From the human T2T-CHM13v2.0 reference genome, Homo sapiens: DNA of 64,000 bases. The DNA lies in assembly GCF_009914755.1 (NCBI RefSeq), contig NC_060942.1; one strand, 5' to 3'. A program made the position numbers and the translations under genes. This document shows positions 61,701-64,000 of the stretch, piece after piece. Numbering within the stretch: the stretch's first letter is position 1; every line of letters starts with the position of its first letter. The notes under the pieces were generated by a model, which was given only the letters and a program-made list of their open reading frames with translations, was not told the origin of the DNA and ran no database searches.

Positions 61701-64000
61701 CTCTTCTTAAATTTCGCATCGTGAAACCCAGCTAGTCCCTGACAGATGTCTGTTCCTCACCTTCAGGATTATTTTATAAATCCCTTTCTGATGAGCGGAA
61801 GTGTCAAATCAAGGACAGGTCATAAAGTAAAAGTATAAACCTTTTAAAGAGAGACCTTGGTAATATATAAACATTCTGCACACTATCTGAATTTTTTATG
61901 GACTAAAGAAAAATTATATTTCAGCTGGAGGAAGGGAGAAGTTTAAACATCAGCCCAGATTTTAATGTATGATCCCCCCCTCCCCGCAATACTCTTATTT
62001 ATAGCCATCTAAGAAACCACTGGCTTTATCGGCTATTTTAAACATTTGGACTCGATTTGGAGCCTGCCTGTTAATTGTCCATGTTTAAATTCAGAAGGTT
62101 GACTTTGAATCAATGCTTGCACACAGTATAGGATACAGGGTGGTGGGGAGGGGTGCGGCGGGCATTGGATGTAGGGTAGAGGCCTGGGTCTTTGTTCTTT
62201 CATTAATCTCTTTTTCCCTGTTCTTTCTCAAGCCTCAGTTTCCTTCTCTGTAAACAAAGGGCTTATATTATTAGAGAATTCCTAACGCGTGCTATTCTAC
62301 AACCATGTGATCCATTGCACCCATCTTTAGCACCCCTGAGTTGGAGGAAGTCGCCGTCATGAAGCAACAGCTGTCCTTTTTTTTTTTCTTTCTTAGAAAA
62401 GCTGGTTGTACTTAGAGAATTTGCTTTTGGTAAAATTTGAGTTTATTTCTACTTATGAAATTGGAAATAAGCTGAAATCAACAACTTCTGGGCCCTCCTG
62501 CCATTTTCATGTCAAGGCACATGGAGACATGTCAGTGCACGTGGGACGTGGAAGCTGCACAAGGGGTGTTCTTGGGTGTGGACGTGCATGGTGGGCGCAC
62601 AGGCCTCTAGGAAATGCTTCCTCGGTTCTGGGCACCTTCAATCATGGATGATGGGGCTGGAAACTTGCCTATAGCTTTTTAAAGAAAAATTAAATATTTT
62701 GAATTGAATTCAGCAATTTCTTGAACACCTACTGTTTGTGAGTGAGGCCTGGCGGTAGGTGAGCATGGCGTGGAGCTCGCGGGAGAGTTGGAGATGTGAT
62801 CGCTTCTGTCCGTGTGTCAGCGTGATGGCCTGTCCACGCCGCTTTCTTCTGACTGTGAGCTGGCCCATCTCTGTACGCTTGCCCCACAACCTCAGCATGC
62901 CCTTTGGAACATCAGAAGTCCCCCACAGCCTCAGCAGGTCTTCTGAGAACTAGGAATTAGAGCCCCACTGTCGTGGAAATCAACTCGTCATCAAGTAGGG
63001 CCGACAATGAGACAGCTGACCATCCTCCACATTCCGAGCCTGAAGGGGAAAGGTTTTCCCAAGGAGAGGTGCTGGTGGGCTCGCACGCCATCCTGAGCAC
63101 AGCAGACAGCAGTTAATGCAAGACTATATCTCGGTGGCGGGTTTTACTTAATGTTCTTTATTATGAAGAATAGCGATACCTCAAAGCCATACATTTTTTG
63201 AGAGTAGCTTCTCCATGTTGATTTTTCTTTGGATGGGTTGCTTAGAACGGAGCCAAAAGAGAGCCACTTGGTGGAGAGGCAGGTTTGCACTTTGCCCTGT
63301 TTTTGTGTATGTGGATGTCAAATGTCAATTTGTTTGGTAAAATGTGAAGCTGAATTTATAAATCTGTGCTAAGCAATTAGTTTGGAAATTAGTGCTATCT
63401 CTAGGAAAATCCCCTTAGCAGGCATCAGATTCAAACGATGCAACTCAGTAGGTGTGGGGGCAAAACTGCAACATATTTTCAAGGCAAAATCTTACAAATA
63501 TAAACATTATATCAAATATAAACATATGTTTGCAGTGTACAAATGTCTTGCATATTCAAAGCAAATAAGTCCTGATGGGGGAGGAAAAAGTATTTGGATG
63601 TAGCCGTTATGTTTAATTTTCCTCACACAGTCAGTAGATAGTCTGTGTCTGCAAAGGATTGGTCCTTTCTTGCTCCCCACTCACCCAACTCTGTGGTTCT
63701 AGAACCTTCTATTAATTCCCATTGGTGAGCCCATGAAATCTTTGATTCCTTCTTGATTGCTCTCTGAAGACGCCTATCAGGCACTGTCTTATCTGTTTGT
63801 AAAGCAGCTCAGGCCCCAGATTTAAGTCATGGGTCTGGCTACAAGTTAGAGTGTGATTAATAATTGACTAATGTAGCTTTTATTTATCACAGGCTAGCAC
63901 ATTTCGCCATTACTGAGTTAATTTATGTTAAGTGTAAGCTGTCGTTCAATCTGTTTTTCAACTTTTTTTTTTTTTTTTTAAATCCTAAGTCTATCTTTCA
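49311..64000 (+). other. TSHZ1: TSHZ1 intron 1 (partial)
   Basis: Begins GTAACG. No convincing continuation of the TSHZ reading frame in the rest of the window. Confidence 0.85.

Overview
This is primate, almost certainly human, genomic DNA: it carries Alu, THE1, MIR, L1 and MER elements and CpG islands. I recognise it as the 18q22.3 PTGR3 (ZADH2)/TSHZ1 locus. PTGR3 is complete on the minus strand as two coding exons (46451-46243 and 39734-38810), giving 377 aa ending in the PTS1 signal SKL. Head-to-head with it, TSHZ1 contributes its first coding exon (49271-49310, MPRRKQQAPRRSA) and about 14.7 kb of intron 1. Bases 1-35000 are repeat-rich intergenic DNA. Bases 35000-64000 are almost free of transposons and carry clusters of PBX-HOX/MEIS motifs. 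I found no prokaryote-type system (no CRISPR, operon or RT cassette), and nearly all other listed ORFs look spurious. The best unexplained signals are: (1) an ~85-bp inverted repeat enclosing a 465-bp CpG-rich, exon-like cassette at 5.0-5.7 kb; (2) a triplicated target site holding a ~21-nt poly(A)-tailed mini-insert beside an Alu; (3) a uORF-packed TSHZ1 leader with a strong internal splice acceptor; (4) a candidate alternative PTGR3 first exon that could switch organelle targeting; (5) an antisense-L1 poly(A) signal next to a 36-bp RUNX-motif repeat. Repeat subfamily names come from recalled consensus sequences, not a search.
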